From positions 1,309 through 65,308 of the forward strand of contig JBDLTT010000040.1 in assembly GCA_039805725.1 (NCBI GenBank): a DNA stretch of 64,000 nucleotides, written 5' to 3'. The notes beneath the pieces were generated by a model. That model worked only from the letters and a program-made list of their open reading frames with translations. It made no database searches and was not told where the DNA came from. This DNA is from Pseudomonadota bacterium. GTDB lineage: Bacteria > Pseudomonadota > Gammaproteobacteria > Burkholderiales > Rhodocyclaceae. Below are positions 1 through 14,475 of this stretch, one piece after another. Numbering within the stretch: the stretch's first letter is position 1; the number at the start of each line of letters is the position of its first letter. Made by a program: the position numbers and the translations under genes.

Positions 1-37
1 GTCCAAAGTTCAATGTGTAGTTACGAATCTCTGACAT
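1..37 (-). CDS. nuoD: NADH-quinone oxidoreductase subunit D, 5' end only (runs off window)
   Basis: ATG at 37 reads MSEIRNYTLNFG, the typical NuoD N-terminus; follows nuoC. Confidence 0.9.
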   Translation of the reverse strand, partial: MSEIRNYTLNFG

Positions 38-96
38 GCTGCGATCCTGGATGTCCGGTGTGGTCCGTACTGATCTCGGTGATGTAAACCCGCGCT

Positions 97-699
97 TTAT
101 CGCGCCGGTTCGCCATAGGTTTCTTCACGCACGATACGCGGCGTGTTTTCGCGCGGTTCGATCGTGACGGGTTGATAGATAACGCGCTTCTGCTCATCGT
201 CATAACGCATCTCGACGTAACCCGAAATCGGGAAGTCCTTGCGGAACGGATGGCCGACAAAACCGTAATCGGTCAGGATACGACGCAGATCCGGATGGTT
301 GACGAACAGAATGCCAAACAAATCGAAGGCTTCGCGTTCGAACCAGTTGGCGGCGGTCCAGACATCCACGACCGAATCAACGACCGGCATTTGATCGTCC
401 GGCGCATAAACACGAACCCGTACGCGCTGGTTCAGTTCCACGGACAGCAGGTGCACCACCACGGCAAATCGTTTTTCATGCGATTCCTTGCCACCGTAGG
501 TTGAATAATCAACGCCGCAAAGGTCGATCAACTGATCGAACTTGAGGCCGGCAGCATCGCGCAGCTTCAACATTGCCGCATGGTAATCGGCGACAGCAAC
601 ATCGATGGTGATTTCACCCAAAGCTTGCTTCGTGCGGACGATGGCACCACCCAGTACCTGTTGCAGGGAATCGGCGAGGGTTTGTGTGTTTTGCGTCAT
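97..699 (-). CDS. nuoC: NADH-quinone oxidoreductase subunit C
   Basis: [12 protein letters not shown] and [19 protein letters not shown] motifs. Confidence 0.98.
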   Translation of the reverse strand: MTQNTQTLADSLQQVLGGAIVRTKQALGEITIDVAVADYHAAMLKLRDAAGLKFDQLIDLCGVDYSTYGGKESHEKRFAVVVHLLSVELNQRVRVRVYAPDDQMPVVDSVVDVWTAANWFEREAFDLFGILFVNHPDLRRILTDYGFVGHPFRKDFPISGYVEMRYDDEQKRVIYQPVTIEPRENTPRIVREETYGEPAR

Positions 700-723
700 G
701 ATCTTCTGTGTCCCCTACCGTGC

Positions 724-1203
724 TCAGCGGGCAATCGTACTGGTACGACGAATCTTGTTCTGTAGCTGAACCAGACCGTACAGCAGCGCTTCGGCGGTCG
801 GCGGACAACCCGGCACATAAATATCGACCGGTACGATGCGGTCACAGCCGCGCACCACCGAGTACGAGTAGTGGTAATAACCACCACCGTTGGCGCAAGA
901 CCCCATCGACACGACCCAGCGCGGTTCGGCCATCTGGTCGTACACCTTGCGCAGCGCCGGCGCCATCTTATTGGTCAGCGTACCAGCGACCACCATCAGG
1001 TCTGACTGGCGCGGGCTCGGGCGGAAGACCATACCGAAACGGTCAAGGTCATAACGCGCGGTACCGGCGTGGATCATTTCGACAGCGCAACAGGCCAGAC
1101 CAAAGGTCATCGGCCAGAGCGAGCCTGTACGGCAGTAATTGATCAGCTTGTCAGCCGTGGTGGTGACAAAACCTTCGTTGAGTACGCCCTGAATCTTGGA
1201 CAT
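724..1203 (-). CDS. nuoB: NADH-quinone oxidoreductase subunit B
   Basis: [22 protein letters not shown] Fe-S motifs. Confidence 0.98.
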   Translation of the reverse strand: MSKIQGVLNEGFVTTTADKLINYCRTGSLWPMTFGLACCAVEMIHAGTARYDLDRFGMVFRPSPRQSDLMVVAGTLTNKMAPALRKVYDQMAEPRWVVSMGSCANGGGYYHYSYSVVRGCDRIVPVDIYVPGCPPTAEALLYGLVQLQNKIRRTSTIAR

Positions 1204-1206
1204 TGC

Positions 1207-1563
1207 TTACTCCCACTCGAAGGCGCGCTTCCGCCACCCGTAGATGAAGCCCACGACCAGGATGGTCAAAAAAACCATCATGGCGATAAAACCATGCATG
1301 CCAATTTCTTTGATCACCACCGCCCAAGGGAAAAGAAAGGCGATCTCCAGATCGAAAAGAATGAAGATAATGGCCAGAAGGTAGTAGCGAACGTCGAACT
1401 TCATCCGCGCGTCTTCAAAGGCCTCGAAGCCACATTCGTACGCGGAAAGCTTCTCGCTATCAGGATTATTCGGAGCAACGAAGTGGTTCAGCAGACGAGC
1501 CAGAACGCCCACGGCGACGCCGACTGCGACGAACACCAGGATCGGAAAGTAATTTTCGAGCAT
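1207..1563 (-). CDS. nuoA: NADH-quinone oxidoreductase subunit A
   Basis: YECGFEAF...FDLE motifs; start placed at ATG 1563 (MLENYFPIL). Confidence 0.97.
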   Translation of the reverse strand: MLENYFPILVFVAVGVAVGVLARLLNHFVAPNNPDSEKLSAYECGFEAFEDARMKFDVRYYLLAIIFILFDLEIAFLFPWAVVIKEIGMHGFIAMMVFLTILVVGFIYGWRKRAFEWE

Positions 1564-1635
1564 CAAGCCACCCAAAGTTTGCCAAATGACGCACAACAAC
1601 CAAAACCCACAATAACCGACCAGACAAGACTATCC

Positions 1636-1720
1636 TGGTGCCGACGGCGAGACTCGAACTCGCACAGCTTGCGCCACTACCCCCTCAAGATAGCGTGTCT
1701 ACCAATTTCACCACGTCGGC
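1636..1720 (-). tRNA. tRNA-Leu(GAG)
   Basis: GCCGACGTGGTGAAATTGGTAGACACGCTATCTTGAGGGGGTAG...GTTCGAGTCTCGCCGTCGGCACCA; long variable arm, CCA end. Confidence 0.96.
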
Positions 1721-1752
1721 ATTCCTGTTCGGTCAGCTACAGAAGCTGCAAC

Positions 1753-2127
1753 TCACCGAGGTACGTTTTTGGCCTTCGACGCACCTTCCGGACCGGCAAT
1801 TTTGCCTTCCATCGGAACACTCGCAGCACCAGCAACACCGGGTTCTGATTCTACATTGGATTGCATCACACTGCCAGCATTTTTCGACTGTAACGACTGA
1901 AAATTCGCCAGCAACAATGCGGTCACGAAGAAGACAGTCGCGAGCACCGCCGTCGAACGCGATAGAAAGTTGGCCGAGCCCGTTGCACCGAACAAACTGC
2001 CCGACGCGCCACTACCAAAGGCCGCACCCATATCGGCACCCTTGCCATGCTGCATCAGCACAAGGCCAATCACACCCAGTGCCGATACAATGTTCGCGAT
2101 AAGTACAATGACGTAAAGAATATCCAT
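1753..2127 (-). CDS. secG: Preprotein translocase subunit SecG
   Basis: LMQHGKGADMGAAFGSGASGSLFG motif; tpiA-secG-tRNA-Leu-nuo order. Confidence 0.97.
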   Translation of the reverse strand: MDILYVIVLIANIVSALGVIGLVLMQHGKGADMGAAFGSGASGSLFGATGSANFLSRSTAVLATVFFVTALLLANFQSLQSKNAGSVMQSNVESEPGVAGAASVPMEGKIAGPEGASKAKNVPR

Positions 2128-2165
2128 CTGTTTGCCTGCTTCTCTTTCCTGAAAAACGTCCGAAA

Positions 2166-2939
2166 TTACACCGCGCGCATCGTGGCGGCGGTGCAGATTG
2201 TACTGAAATCCTGGGCATCCAGGGCGGCGCCACCGATCAAACCACCATCCACATCCGGTAGCGCAAACAAGGTTGCCGCATTATTGCCCTTCACGCTACC
2301 ACCGTAGAGAATACGGGTCTGAACGAGGCCAGCCGCCACCAGACGCTGACGAATATGGGCATGCACCGACTGCACGCCTTCTGGCATCGGGGTTTTACCG
2401 GTCCCGATCGCCCACACCGGTTCGTACGCGATCACCAGGCTGGTGCCCTCATCTGCCACAGCGGCCAGGGCCAGAAGCACCGGAGCCAGCTGGCGGTCGA
2501 TGATATCCAACGTCTGGCCAGAGGCCTCCTGCTCGGCGGATTCGCCAACACAGACGATCGGCATCAGGCCACTATCGAGCGCGGCGATCGCCTGTGCCGC
2601 CACCTGCGCATCGGTCTCACCACAATACTGGCGGCGCTCCGAATGACCCACGATCACGTAGCGACAGCCCAGATCACGTAGCATGGACGCGCTGACCTGG
2701 CCCGTGAAGGCGCCCGCACGATGTTCGCTGACGGTCTGGGCGCCCACGCCAATCGGCGTTTCGGCCAGCAGTGCGGCGATTTGCGGCAGATAGGGGAACG
2801 GCGGGCAGACACCGATCTCCGGCAACGGCTGTTGCGCCAGCGCGGCAAGCAACGCCTCGATCAGAGCGCGGTTCGTCTCGAACGCACCGTTCATCTTCCA
2901 ATTGCCTACCACCAGTGGTGTTCTGACGACCGTCATCAC
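2166..2939 (-). CDS. tpiA: Triosephosphate isomerase
   Basis: GNWKMN, GHSERR, AYEPVWAIGTG, YGGSV. Confidence 0.98.
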   Translation of the reverse strand: MMTVVRTPLVVGNWKMNGAFETNRALIEALLAALAQQPLPEIGVCPPFPYLPQIAALLAETPIGVGAQTVSEHRAGAFTGQVSASMLRDLGCRYVIVGHSERRQYCGETDAQVAAQAIAALDSGLMPIVCVGESAEQEASGQTLDIIDRQLAPVLLALAAVADEGTSLVIAYEPVWAIGTGKTPMPEGVQSVHAHIRQRLVAAGLVQTRILYGGSVKGNNAATLFALPDVDGGLIGGAALDAQDFSTICTAATMRAV

Positions 2940-2982
2940 GAATCCTATTAAGCAGGAATACGAAAAATCGGAAAACTACGAT

Positions 2983-3013
2983 AAAAAGGCGCTCAACCTT
3001 ATGGCGAGCGCCT
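2983..3013 (-). terminator. Probable intrinsic terminator after glmM
   Basis: AGGCGCTC-loop-GAGCGCCT followed by TTTT on minus strand. Confidence 0.6.
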
Positions 3014-3115
3014 ATTCTAGAGCTTGAATTGTATTATTTTCGCGCTGCCCCGGTCAAACAGCACGACCAGAAGCGCCCTTCACGTTCCAAGTTATGCCGC
3101 TGGTGCCCGGCATTC

Positions 3116-4474
3116 TTACACGACCGATTTGACGGTCAGCGCGATACTTTCGGCTTCACCCCGTGACAAAGACGAATCTTCGGCTTCAACCATGACGCGA
3201 AGCACCGGTTCCGTGCCGGACGGTCGCAACAGGACACGCCCACGCCCCGCCAAACGCTGCTCTGCGGCGCTGATGGCTTGTTGGATCGCGGCGTGTTGTT
3301 GCCAGTTGAAACCGGGCGACACCGGCACATTGATCATGGTCTGCGGATAGAGACGCAGCGCCCCCAGCAAGCCGGCCAGACTTTGACCCGAGCGTTTGAG
3401 CGCCACCAGGACCTGCAACGCCGAAACCAGACCATCGCCCGTCGTATGACGATCCAGCGCCAAAATATGGCCCGAGTTCTCGCCCCCAAACAACCAACCC
3501 TCGGACGCCAGCATCTCCATCACATAACGGTCGCCCACTTTGGCCCGCTTAAAAGGCACACCTGCCGAGACCAGCGCCTGTTCCAATGCCATATTCGTCA
3601 TCAGCGTGCCGACCACGCCCGCCACCGGACCATCCAGTAGCCGGTCTCGGACGATCGCATACAGAATCTGATCGCCGTCATAGGCTCGCCCGTCGGCATC
3701 AACCATCACCAGACGATCCGCATCACCGTCCAGCGCGATCCCGAAATCAGCCTTGGCTTCGACTACGTGTCGCCCCAGAGACTCCGGATGCAATGCCCCG
3801 ACGCCGGCATTGATGTTTTCACCGTCCGGCGTATTGCCGATAGCGACCACATCGGCACCCAACTCATGCAGCACTTCGGGTGCGATGTGATAGGCCGCGC
3901 CGTGCGCACAATCCACGACGATTTTTAGACCGCGCAAATCGAAACTGTGCGGCACCGTACTCTTGCAAAATTCAATATAACGGCCAGCAGCATCATCAAT
4001 GCGACGGGCGCGCCCCAAGTCTTTGGGCGCTACGGTCTGCATCGGTTTGCCGTCCATCTCGTCAATGGCGGCTTCGATGGCACGTTCCACATCATCCGGT
4101 AGTTTCTTGCCATCGGCCGAGAAGAACTTGATACCGTTATCTTCAAAAGGGTTATGCGAGGCGGAAATCACCACGCCCGCCTGCAACCGTAGGGCACGTG
4201 TCAGATAGGCAATGCCCGGCGTCGGCAGCGGTCCTACCAGGTAAACGTCTACCCCTGCGGCCGAAAAGCCCGCTTCCAGTGCCGCCTCCAGCATATAACC
4301 GGAATTACGGGTGTCTTTACCGATCAGCACTCCCGGACGGTGGCCACCAGTATCACTACGCCCGACCAGAACACGGCCAGCGGCATACCCCAGGCGCAGG
4401 ACAAAGTCGGGCGTAATCGGATACTGGCCAACACGACCGCGCACACCATCCGTACCGAAATATTTTCGACTCAT
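3116..4474 (-). CDS. glmM: Phosphoglucosamine mutase
   Basis: [28 protein letters not shown]. Confidence 0.98.
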   Translation of the reverse strand: MSRKYFGTDGVRGRVGQYPITPDFVLRLGYAAGRVLVGRSDTGGHRPGVLIGKDTRNSGYMLEAALEAGFSAAGVDVYLVGPLPTPGIAYLTRALRLQAGVVISASHNPFEDNGIKFFSADGKKLPDDVERAIEAAIDEMDGKPMQTVAPKDLGRARRIDDAAGRYIEFCKSTVPHSFDLRGLKIVVDCAHGAAYHIAPEVLHELGADVVAIGNTPDGENINAGVGALHPESLGRHVVEAKADFGIALDGDADRLVMVDADGRAYDGDQILYAIVRDRLLDGPVAGVVGTLMTNMALEQALVSAGVPFKRAKVGDRYVMEMLASEGWLFGGENSGHILALDRHTTGDGLVSALQVLVALKRSGQSLAGLLGALRLYPQTMINVPVSPGFNWQQHAAIQQAISAAEQRLAGRGRVLLRPSGTEPVLRVMVEAEDSSLSRGEAESIALTVKSVV

Positions 4475-4514
4475 GCCAATCCAGCTCCTGAATATCTATC
4501 GAATGCCTTGTCCA

Positions 4515-5351
4515 TCAACCTAACGCCCGCAAAACCTTGAGTGCATCCACGGTTTCGCTCACGTCGTGCACCCGCACCATGGCTGCCCCGTATTGTGCCG
4601 CAAGCAACGCTGCGGCAACGCTCCCGGCGACACGTTCGTTCACCGGCTTGTCCAGCACATGACCAATCATGGTTTTACGCGAAACACCCACCAGCACCGG
4701 CAGGCCAAGCTTCACCAGATCGGGTAGCGCCCGGAACAATTGTTGATTATGCGCAAAGGTCTTGCCAAAACCAAATCCGGGGTCGAGGATCAGCCGGGTT
4801 CGGTCGATGCCGGCATGAACGGCAGCAACCTGGGCTGTTTGCAAGAAATCCCCCACTTCGGCCACGATATCCCCATATTGGGGCGCCGTCTGCATGGAGC
4901 GGGGTTCACCCTGCATATGCATGAGACAAACAGCCACATTCGCATGCGGCGCTAGCACCGTCGCCGCCGCGGGATCTGCCAACGCCGTCACATCGTTGAT
5001 CATACCCACGCCCAGCCGAATGGATTCGGCCATCACCGGCGCCTTTACCGTATCCACAGAAACCGGCACGCCAGCCGCCACCAGTTTTTCAAGCAACGGC
5101 AGCAAACGATCCAATTCTTCCTGCAACCCTACTGGCTGGGCGCCAGGACGGGTCGACTCCGCGCCAATATCGAGCAAGGCCGCGCCGGCGTCGATCATGC
5201 GCATTGCCTGATCAAAAGCCGCATCGACTCGATGGTGCAGACCATCTCCAGAAAAGGAGTCCGGGGTGACATTGACGATGCCCATTACGAGCGGTCGACC
5301 CGGTGACCAGGTCAGCGAATGGGTGCCACAGCGTAGCGAATGTTCGGACAT
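4515..5351 (-). CDS. folP: Dihydropteroate synthase
   Basis: MGIVNVTPDSFS, ESTRPGA, DPGFGFGK, GVSRK, RVHDV; start uncertain (ATG 5351 or 5390). Confidence 0.96.
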   Translation of the reverse strand: MSEHSLRCGTHSLTWSPGRPLVMGIVNVTPDSFSGDGLHHRVDAAFDQAMRMIDAGAALLDIGAESTRPGAQPVGLQEELDRLLPLLEKLVAAGVPVSVDTVKAPVMAESIRLGVGMINDVTALADPAAATVLAPHANVAVCLMHMQGEPRSMQTAPQYGDIVAEVGDFLQTAQVAAVHAGIDRTRLILDPGFGFGKTFAHNQQLFRALPDLVKLGLPVLVGVSRKTMIGHVLDKPVNERVAGSVAAALLAAQYGAAMVRVHDVSETVDALKVLRALG

Positions 5352-5422
5352 ATTTAAATACAAAGGCCGACCCCTGGGGTCGGCCTGCATGGGTTCAATG
5401 GATTAAGACTAATTCAGCAAAG

Positions 5423-7306
<1,884 letters not shown>

Positions 7307-7424
7307 GATGGCTTTCTGCTCAAAATGTGAAATTGATATCCTATTCTAACCCGAGTCCGGGATCGAACCTTGGCTAATCCTTAAGCCCACAGCCTGACAA
7401 GGGACAAGGCAACTGCATTTTTCA

Positions 7425-8048
7425 TTAATCCTTCAACCCCACACCCAACAGATACAATTCGCTGCTGCGCCCGCGCGAGGCCTCCGGTTTACGGGTCACC
7501 ACCTTACGGAATACCTGGCGCATGGCGACGACATACTCCGCAAACCCTGACCCCTGAAAAACCTTCACCAGAAACGCCCCCTGCGGTTGCAGGTGGTTGG
7601 CGGCAAAATCCAGAGCCAATTCGGCCAGGTGGATCGAACGCGCCTGATCCGACATGGGGATGCCCGACATATTGGGGGCCATATCGGAAAGCACAAGATC
7701 TACCTTAGCACCATGCAACATCGCTTCGACCTGTTTGAGGACGGCTTCGTCGTGGAAGTCGCCCTGGAGAAACTCGACCCCCGGCAACAGCGGATCCAGT
7801 GGAAGCAGATCCAGACCAATCACCCGCCCGGTATTGCCCAGCCGTTTGCGCGCCACCTGCGACCAACCGCCCGGCGTGCAACCCAGATCCACCACAATAC
7901 CGCCCCGACGAATGAGTTTGTCCTTGTCATCGACCTCCATGAGCTTGAAGGCCGCGCGCGACCGCCAACCCTCGGCCTTGGCGCGTTGCACCCAGGGGTC
8001 GTTCACATGCTCGCGCATCCATGCCTTACTTGTTTTGGTTCTGGCCAT
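7425..8048 (-). CDS. rlmE: 23S rRNA Um2552 methyltransferase RlmE
   Basis: [23 protein letters not shown]; upstream of ftsH. Confidence 0.97.
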   Translation of the reverse strand: MARTKTSKAWMREHVNDPWVQRAKAEGWRSRAAFKLMEVDDKDKLIRRGGIVVDLGCTPGGWSQVARKRLGNTGRVIGLDLLPLDPLLPGVEFLQGDFHDEAVLKQVEAMLHGAKVDLVLSDMAPNMSGIPMSDQARSIHLAELALDFAANHLQPQGAFLVKVFQGSGFAEYVVAMRQVFRKVVTRKPEASRGRSSELYLLGVGLKD

Positions 8049-8141
8049 ATCTTCGATCTGCTTCTGTCTGCTCTAGCGATGCCTGGCGTACAATGCCAGC
8101 CTTGCATTATCCGTGTTTACTGCCCTGAGTTTCCATTCATT

Positions 8142-8558
8142 ATGACCGCTGACCGACTTGCCCAACTGATTGCCGACAACACCCCTGAAGCACCCGCTGC
8201 CGGCGCGCTAGCGATTAGCACGGCCCAGCGCCGGGAACTCAAAGCGGCGGCGCACAGCCTAAATCCGGTGGTCACCATCGCCGACAACGGACTTTCACCC
8301 AGCGTGCTCAAGGAAATCGACCATTCGTTGAACATCCACGGCCTGATCAAAATCCGGGTCGCCAGCGACGAACGCGAACTGCGCGAAAGCTATCTGGCCG
8401 AAATCTGCCACACCCTGAGCGCCGCTGCGATACAACACATTGGCAAGCTGCTGGTGGTTTGGCGCCCGAAAGCCGAAGTCCGCATCGACAAATCCGGCAA
8501 AGCCACCGGTCGCCGCAAGGCACCGCGTCAGCTCAAACGCAACTTCCAGAACGGTTAA
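8142..8558 (+). CDS. yhbY: YhbY-family RNA-binding ribosome assembly protein
   Basis: AHSLNPVV...HGLIKIR...QHIGKLLVVWR; divergent from rlmE; start moved to ATG 8142. Confidence 0.92.
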   Translation: MTADRLAQLIADNTPEAPAAGALAISTAQRRELKAAAHSLNPVVTIADNGLSPSVLKEIDHSLNIHGLIKIRVASDERELRESYLAEICHTLSAAAIQHIGKLLVVWRPKAEVRIDKSGKATGRRKAPRQLKRNFQNG

Positions 8559-8571
8559 CAGATCGATCCGG

Positions 8572-9048
8572 TCAGATGTACCGGACGTCAATCATCTCGT
8601 ATTCGCGTTGACCACCGGGCGTCTGAACCTGCACCACGTCACCAGCAAACTTGCCAATCAGCGCACGCGCCAACGGGGACGCATACGAAATTTTGCCCTG
8701 CTTGATATCGGCCTCGTCTTCACCAACGATCTGATACGTCACGGCTTGACCTGAGTCTGCATCTTCCAGATCGACTGTTGCACCGAATACACAACGTCCA
8801 TCGGCATCCATGGCGGCCGGATCAATGATCTGGGCATGGCTTAACTTGCCTTCCACTTCCTGAATTCGGCCTTCGATGAAGCCCTGCTTTTCTTTTGCCG
8901 CATCGTATTCGGCGTTCTCCGACAAATCACCGTGGGCGCGCGCCTCGGCAATCGCCTCGATCACAGCGGGGCGCTCGATGGTTTTCAGGCGCTGCAATTC
9001 TTCCTGAAGCAGGGCAGCACCCTTAACGGTTAATGGAACCTTCGACAT
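8572..9048 (-). CDS. greA: Transcription elongation factor GreA
   Basis: [24 protein letters not shown]; start ATG 9048 (GTG 9057 possible). Confidence 0.98.
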   Translation of the reverse strand: MSKVPLTVKGAALLQEELQRLKTIERPAVIEAIAEARAHGDLSENAEYDAAKEKQGFIEGRIQEVEGKLSHAQIIDPAAMDADGRCVFGATVDLEDADSGQAVTYQIVGEDEADIKQGKISYASPLARALIGKFAGDVVQVQTPGGQREYEMIDVRYI

Positions 9049-9056
9049 AGCGGTCA

Positions 9057-12000
9057 CTATCCGTTCAGTTGGGCATGCAGCGACTGAATGGCGTAAACCT
9101 TCAGCGCATCGCCCGATAGAATGCCGGCCACAGCGGCTTCGGCACCCCAGATCGTGGTATACATCGTGACGCGCGCCATCAGACCCGAGGTCCGAATCGA
9201 ACGCGAGTCGTTGATCGCGTGCCGCTTCTCTTCCACCGTATTGATGATCAGGGCAATTTCATCATTCTTGATCATATCCACGATATGCGGACGGCCTTCG
9301 GTCACCTTGTTGACGCGTTGTACCGGCACACCGGCTTCTTCGATGGCTTTGGCGGTGCCGCGCGTCGCGTTCAGCTGATAACCGGCCAGATGCAGTTGGC
9401 GCGCCATTTCGACAGCCTTGGCCTTATCGCTGTCTTTCACTGACAGGAAGACCTTACCGTTCTTCGGCAGTTTGACGCTACTGGCCATCTGCGACTTCAC
9501 AAAGGCTTCGGGGAAGGTCTTGCCCACCCCCATCACCTCGCCGGTTGACTTCATTTCCGGACCGAGAATGGTATCGACGCCGGGGAACTTGGCGAACGGG
9601 AACACGGCTTCCTTGACCGAGTAGTACGGCGGTACGACTTCCTTGGTCACACCCTGCTCGGCCAGCGACTGGCCGGCCATGCAACGGGCGGCAATCTTGG
9701 CCAGTTGCAGGCCGGTCGCCTTGGAAACAAACGGCACCGTCCGCGACGCACGTGGGTTCACTTCCAGCACGTACACCTGATCGTCTTTGATGGCGAACTG
9801 CACGTTCATCAGACCACAGACATTCAGTGCCTGCGCCATTGCCTTGGTCTGGCGGCGCAGCTCTTCCTGAACCGCCTTGCCCAGCGAATACGGCGGTAGC
9901 GAACAGGCCGAGTCGCCCGAGTGGACGCCCGCCTGTTCGATATGTTCCATGACGCCGCCGATAATCACTTCCTGACCATCCGACAACGCGTCGACGTCGA
10001 CTTCACAGGCGTCGTTGAGGAAGCGGTCGAGCAGGACCGGAGAATCATTCGAAACTTTAACGGCCTCGCGCATGTAGCGCTCGAGATCCTTCTGCTCGTG
10101 CACAATTTCCATGGCGCGGCCACCCAGCACATACGACGGACGCACGACCAGCGGATAACCGATTTCTTCGGCCATACGCAGCGCTTCTTCTTCGGTGCGC
10201 GCGGTACGGTTCGGCGGCTGTTTCAAGCCCAGATCGTGCAGCAGCTTCTGGAATCGTTCACGGTCTTCGGCCGCATCGATCATATCCGGCGACGTACCAA
10301 TGATCGGCACGCCGTTGGCTTCCAGCGCCAGCGCCAGCTTCAACGGCGTCTGGCCACCATACTGCACAATCACACCCACCGGCTTTTCGATGGCAACGAT
10401 TTCCAGCACGTCTTCCAGCGTCAGCGGTTCGAAGTACAGTCGATCCGAGGTGTCGTAGTCGGTTGATACGGTTTCCGGGTTGCAGTTGACCATGATGGTC
10501 TCGTACCCGTCTTCGCGCATCGCCATCGCGGCGTGCACGCAGCAGTAATCGAATTCGATGCCCTGACCGATTCGGTTTGGGCCACCGCCCAGCACCATAA
10601 TCTTCTTCTTGTCCGTCGGCTGGGCTTCGCACTCGTCTTCATAGGTCGAGTACATGTAGGCGGTGTTGGTCGCGAACTCGGCCGCACAGGTATCGACACG
10701 CTTGTAGACCGGACGCACGCCCAGCGCATGACGGCGCTCGCGCACGGCTTGTTCGGTCGTTTTGGTCAGATAGGCCAGACGACGATCGGCGAAACCCTTG
10801 CGCTTGAGATAACGCAGTTCTTCGGCTGACAGGCTCTCGAAGGCGCGCTGTTCAACCGTCAGCTCCAGATCGACGATTTCCTTGATCTGCGTCAGGAACC
10901 ACGGGTCAATCTTGGTCAGTTCGAACACACGCTCAACCGTCATGCCTACGCCAAAGGCATCGGCCACGTACCACAGGCGATCCGGGGTCGCATTGGCGAG
11001 TTGCTCGTCGATGGTTTCCGGGTCGACCGTTTTCAGGTTAAAGCCGTCGACGCCCACTTCCAGACCGCGCAGCGCCTTCTGCAGCGACTCCTGGAAAGTA
11101 CGACCGATCGCCATCACCTCGCCCACCGACTTCATCTGCGTCGTCAGGCGGTTATCAGCCATCGGGAATTTTTCAAAGGCAAAACGTGGCACCTTGGTCA
11201 CCACGTAATCAATCGAGGGCTCAAACGAGGCGGGCGTTTTACCACCGGTAATTTCGTTGGCCAGCTCGTCCAGCGTATACCCGACGGCCAGCTTGGCAGC
11301 GATCTTGGCGATCGGGAAGCCGGTCGCCTTGGAGGCCAGTGCCGACGAACGCGACACACGCGGGTTCATTTCAATCACCACCATACGACCATCGTCCGGG
11401 TTGATCGAGAACTGCACGTTCGAACCACCGGTATCGACGCCAATCTCGCGCAGCACGGCGATCGAGGCGTTACGCATGATCTGGTATTCCTTGTCCGTCA
11501 GCGTCTGCGCCGGCGCCACGGTAATCGAGTCACCCGTATGCACGCCCATCGGATCCAGGTTTTCAATCGAACAGATGATGATGCAGTTGTCCTTGCGATC
11601 ACGCACCACTTCCATTTCGTATTCTTTCCAACCCAGCAGCGATTCTTCAATCAGCAACTCGTTGGTTGGCGAAGCCTCGAGACCACGCTTACAGATTGTC
11701 TCGAACTCTTCCATGTTGTAGGCGATACCGCCACCGGTGCCCCCCAGCGTAAACGATGGACGGATGATGGTCGGGAAGCCGATGCCGGCCTGCACCTGAT
11801 ACGCCTCTTCCATCGAGTGGGCGATGGCCGAGCGCGCCGAACCCAGGCCGATCTTGTTCATCGCCTGTTTGAACTTCTCGCGGTCTTCCGCCTTGTCGAT
11901 GGCCTCACGCGAGGCACCAATGAGTTCAACGCCGAATTTTTCCAGTACGCCGTTAGCAGCGAGATCGAGCGCGCAATTCAGCGCCGTCTGCCCCCCCATG

Positions 12001-12266
12001 GTCGGTAGCAGCGCATCGGGACGCTCGGTTTCGATGATGCGCGCCACCACCTGCCAGGTAATTGGCTCGATGTACGTGACATCGGCCATCTCCGGGTCGG
12101 TCATGATGGTGGCCGGGTTCGAGTTCACCAGAATGACTTTGTAGCCTTCTTCACGCAGCGCCTTACAGGCCTGTGCGCCGGAATAGTCAAACTCGCAGGC
12201 CTGACCGATAACGATCGGGCCGGCGCCGATGATGAGAATGCTTTTAAGGTCTGTACGCTTGGGCAT
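9057..12266 (-). CDS. carB: Carbamoyl-phosphate synthase large subunit
   Basis: [17 protein letters not shown], duplicated ATP-grasp, C-terminal MGS-like domain. Confidence 0.99.
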   Translation of the reverse strand: MPKRTDLKSILIIGAGPIVIGQACEFDYSGAQACKALREEGYKVILVNSNPATIMTDPEMADVTYIEPITWQVVARIIETERPDALLPTMGGQTALNCALDLAANGVLEKFGVELIGASREAIDKAEDREKFKQAMNKIGLGSARSAIAHSMEEAYQVQAGIGFPTIIRPSFTLGGTGGGIAYNMEEFETICKRGLEASPTNELLIEESLLGWKEYEMEVVRDRKDNCIIICSIENLDPMGVHTGDSITVAPAQTLTDKEYQIMRNASIAVLREIGVDTGGSNVQFSINPDDGRMVVIEMNPRVSRSSALASKATGFPIAKIAAKLAVGYTLDELANEITGGKTPASFEPSIDYVVTKVPRFAFEKFPMADNRLTTQMKSVGEVMAIGRTFQESLQKALRGLEVGVDGFNLKTVDPETIDEQLANATPDRLWYVADAFGVGMTVERVFELTKIDPWFLTQIKEIVDLELTVEQRAFESLSAEELRYLKRKGFADRRLAYLTKTTEQAVRERRHALGVRPVYKRVDTCAAEFATNTAYMYSTYEDECEAQPTDKKKIMVLGGGPNRIGQGIEFDYCCVHAAMAMREDGYETIMVNCNPETVSTDYDTSDRLYFEPLTLEDVLEIVAIEKPVGVIVQYGGQTPLKLALALEANGVPIIGTSPDMIDAAEDRERFQKLLHDLGLKQPPNRTARTEEEALRMAEEIGYPLVVRPSYVLGGRAMEIVHEQKDLERYMREAVKVSNDSPVLLDRFLNDACEVDVDALSDGQEVIIGGVMEHIEQAGVHSGDSACSLPPYSLGKAVQEELRRQTKAMAQALNVCGLMNVQFAIKDDQVYVLEVNPRASRTVPFVSKATGLQLAKIAARCMAGQSLAEQGVTKEVVPPYYSVKEAVFPFAKFPGVDTILGPEMKSTGEVMGVGKTFPEAFVKSQMASSVKLPKNGKVFLSVKDSDKAKAVEMARQLHLAGYQLNATRGTAKAIEEAGVPVQRVNKVTEGRPHIVDMIKNDEIALIINTVEEKRHAINDSRSIRTSGLMARVTMYTTIWGAEAAVAGILSGDALKVYAIQSLHAQLNG

Positions 12267-12280
12267 AGTTCAGCTTTTTA

Positions 12281-13495
12281 TTATTTTGCGGCGTGTTGAG
12301 ACATCAGATCGACGAATCGGTCAAAGAGGTAGCTGACATCGTGCGGGCCAGGGCTGGCTTCCGGGTGGCCCTGGAACGAGAAGGCCGGCGCATCGGTCAG
12401 GGCAATGCCCTGCAGCGTGCCGTCGAACAGCGAGACATGCGTCACCCGCACATTCGCAGGCAGCGTTTCGGCGTCCGCGGCGAAGCCGTGGTTCTGGCTG
12501 GTGATCAACACCTGGCCGGTGTCGATATCTTTCACGGGATGATTGGCGCCGTGGTGACCGAATTTCATTTTGACGGTCTTGGCACCAGCGGCCAACGCCA
12601 GCAACTGGTGGCCCAGGCAAATGCCATACACCGGTTTCTTCACGGCGAGAAACTCGCGAATCGCGCTAATCGCATAATCGCAGGGTTCCGGATCACCGGG
12701 GCCGTTGGACAGGAACACCCCGTCCGGATTCATCGCCAGCACCTCGGCCGCCGGGGTCTTTGCCGGTACCACGGTCACATCACAACCGCGCTCGGCCAGC
12801 ATGCGCAGAATGTTGCGCTTCACACCAAAATCGTAGGCCACGACTTTGAAACGCGGCGTCGGGCCGGTGACGTAACCCTTCAGCGTCCACTCCCCCTGAT
12901 TCCAGGTATAGGATTTCTCGACGCTCACTTCCTTGGCTAGATCCATCCCGGCAAGGCCTGGGAAGGCCTTGGCTTCCGCGAGCGCCGCAGCCGAATCCAG
13001 CGATTCGCCGGCAGCGGCGGCAATAATGCAACCGGCTTGGGCGCCCTTCTCACGCAGAATACGCGTCAGCTTTCGGGTGTCGATCCCAGCGATGGCGACG
13101 ATGCCGTGCTTCACCAGATAAGACGACAGGTCGCTCTGGGCACGCCAGTTCGATGCCACCAGCGGCAGATCGCGGATCACCAGACCGGCAGCGTAGTTCG
13201 CGTCCGACTCGAAATCTTCATCATTGCAGCCCACGTTACCAATATGCGGGTAGGTCAGCGTGACGATCTGACGGCAGTACGACGGATCCGTAAGAATTTC
13301 CTGATACCCGGTCAGCGCCGTGTTGAATACGACCTCACCCGATGTTTTGCCCGCCGCACCGATCGACTCGCCCCGAAAAACCGTACCATCCGCCAACACC
13401 AACATCGCGACCGGCCGGCTGGAGCAAAGGGGGACACTACTCTTGGCAGCGGACGAGACAGACGATAAAGACGAGGCAGACTCAGCGTAGGACAC
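12281..13495 (-). CDS. carA: Carbamoyl-phosphate synthase small subunit
   Basis: [31 protein letters not shown]; likely start GTG 13495 after GGAG. Confidence 0.97.
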   Translation of the reverse strand: MSYAESASSLSSVSSAAKSSVPLCSSRPVAMLVLADGTVFRGESIGAAGKTSGEVVFNTALTGYQEILTDPSYCRQIVTLTYPHIGNVGCNDEDFESDANYAAGLVIRDLPLVASNWRAQSDLSSYLVKHGIVAIAGIDTRKLTRILREKGAQAGCIIAAAAGESLDSAAALAEAKAFPGLAGMDLAKEVSVEKSYTWNQGEWTLKGYVTGPTPRFKVVAYDFGVKRNILRMLAERGCDVTVVPAKTPAAEVLAMNPDGVFLSNGPGDPEPCDYAISAIREFLAVKKPVYGICLGHQLLALAAGAKTVKMKFGHHGANHPVKDIDTGQVLITSQNHGFAADAETLPANVRVTHVSLFDGTLQGIALTDAPAFSFQGHPEASPGPHDVSYLFDRFVDLMSQHAAK

Positions 13496-13519
13496 AGCGG
13501 CTCCGGATGGCAGACATGC

Positions 13520-13573
13520 AAAGCGGGAGTCCAAAACTGCCGCCCGAAGGCGAACTTTCTGGAACTCCCGCTT
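13520..13573 (-). promoter_or_regulatory. Structured carA 5' leader (candidate attenuator)
   Basis: AAGCGGGAGTTCCAGAA...CGCC-TTCG-GGCG...TTTTGGACTCCCGCTTT long hairpin just upstream of the carA RBS. Confidence 0.6.
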
Positions 13574-13651
13574 GATTCCTGCAAATGCAGGATATTAAGC
13601 TGCTGAATTGTAGCGAAAAATGCTGCGTTGCGCTAGTGCCCCGAGAGGCCA

Positions 13652-14467
13652 TCAACCACGTAGGCCGAGCACATCCTGCATATCAAACAAGCCGTTAGCG
13701 CGGCCATGCATGAATTTCGCAGCACGGACGCTCCCCAATGCATAGGGCATGCGGCTGCTGGCTTTATGGCCGATTTCGACCCGTTCACCGGTGCCACAGA
13801 ACATCACCACGTGGTCACCGACGATGTCGCCGCCACGCACGGTGGCAAAGCCAATCGTGTTGTCCTTGCGCTCGCCTGTCACGCCTTCGCGACCATAAAC
13901 GGCCACCTCCTTCAGGTTACGACCCAGCCCCTGGGCGACGACCTCACCCATACGTAGCGCTGTTCCCGACGGCGCATCCACCTTGTGGCGGTGATGCGCT
14001 TCGACAATCTCGACGTCATAACCGCTGTTCAGAATACCTGCGGCGATCTCCAGCAGCTTAAAGGTCACGTTGACCCCCACGCTCATATTCGGCGCAAACA
14101 CCACGGGCACCGATTGGGCGGCTTCTTTAATCGCGGCCTTGCCGTCTTCTTCAAAACCCGTGGTGCCGATCACTATGCCCACCCCGGCTGCTTTGCAGGC
14201 TTGCAGATGCACCAAGGTGGCCTCCGGGCGTGTGAAATCGATCATGCAGTCAGCGCCTTTCAGGCCCGCCGCCACATCCGAACGGATACGCACCGCCGTC
14301 GACTGCCCAACGAACTCGCCGGGATCACGCCCTACAAACTCACTGCCCTCACGTTCAAACGCCGCGTACAGCGTTGTTGCCGGGTCTGCCAACACGGCCT
14401 CGATCAGCATACGACCCATGCGGCCCGAAGCGCCCGCGATCGCAATTTTTACCGGTACAGACATCAT
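13652..14467 (-). CDS. dapB: 4-hydroxy-tetrahydrodipicolinate reductase
   Basis: [22 protein letters not shown]. Confidence 0.98.
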   Translation of the reverse strand: MMSVPVKIAIAGASGRMGRMLIEAVLADPATTLYAAFEREGSEFVGRDPGEFVGQSTAVRIRSDVAAGLKGADCMIDFTRPEATLVHLQACKAAGVGIVIGTTGFEEDGKAAIKEAAQSVPVVFAPNMSVGVNVTFKLLEIAAGILNSGYDVEIVEAHHRHKVDAPSGTALRMGEVVAQGLGRNLKEVAVYGREGVTGERKDNTIGFATVRGGDIVGDHVVMFCGTGERVEIGHKASSRMPYALGSVRAAKFMHGRANGLFDMQDVLGLRG

Positions 14468-14475
14468 CTTTCCTT

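Noticed and set aside
7374-7400. Echo of the rlmE end (LSGCGLKD* versus LLGVGLKD*) about 50 nt downstream
   Set aside because: Too short to separate from chance; no start codon in that frame nearby.
7587-8141. Long N-terminal extensions in the ORF track (yhbY, fur, recN, nadK, hemH, mltB, kinase, fumarase)
   Set aside because: They overlap neighbouring genes or promoters; family similarity begins at downstream starts.
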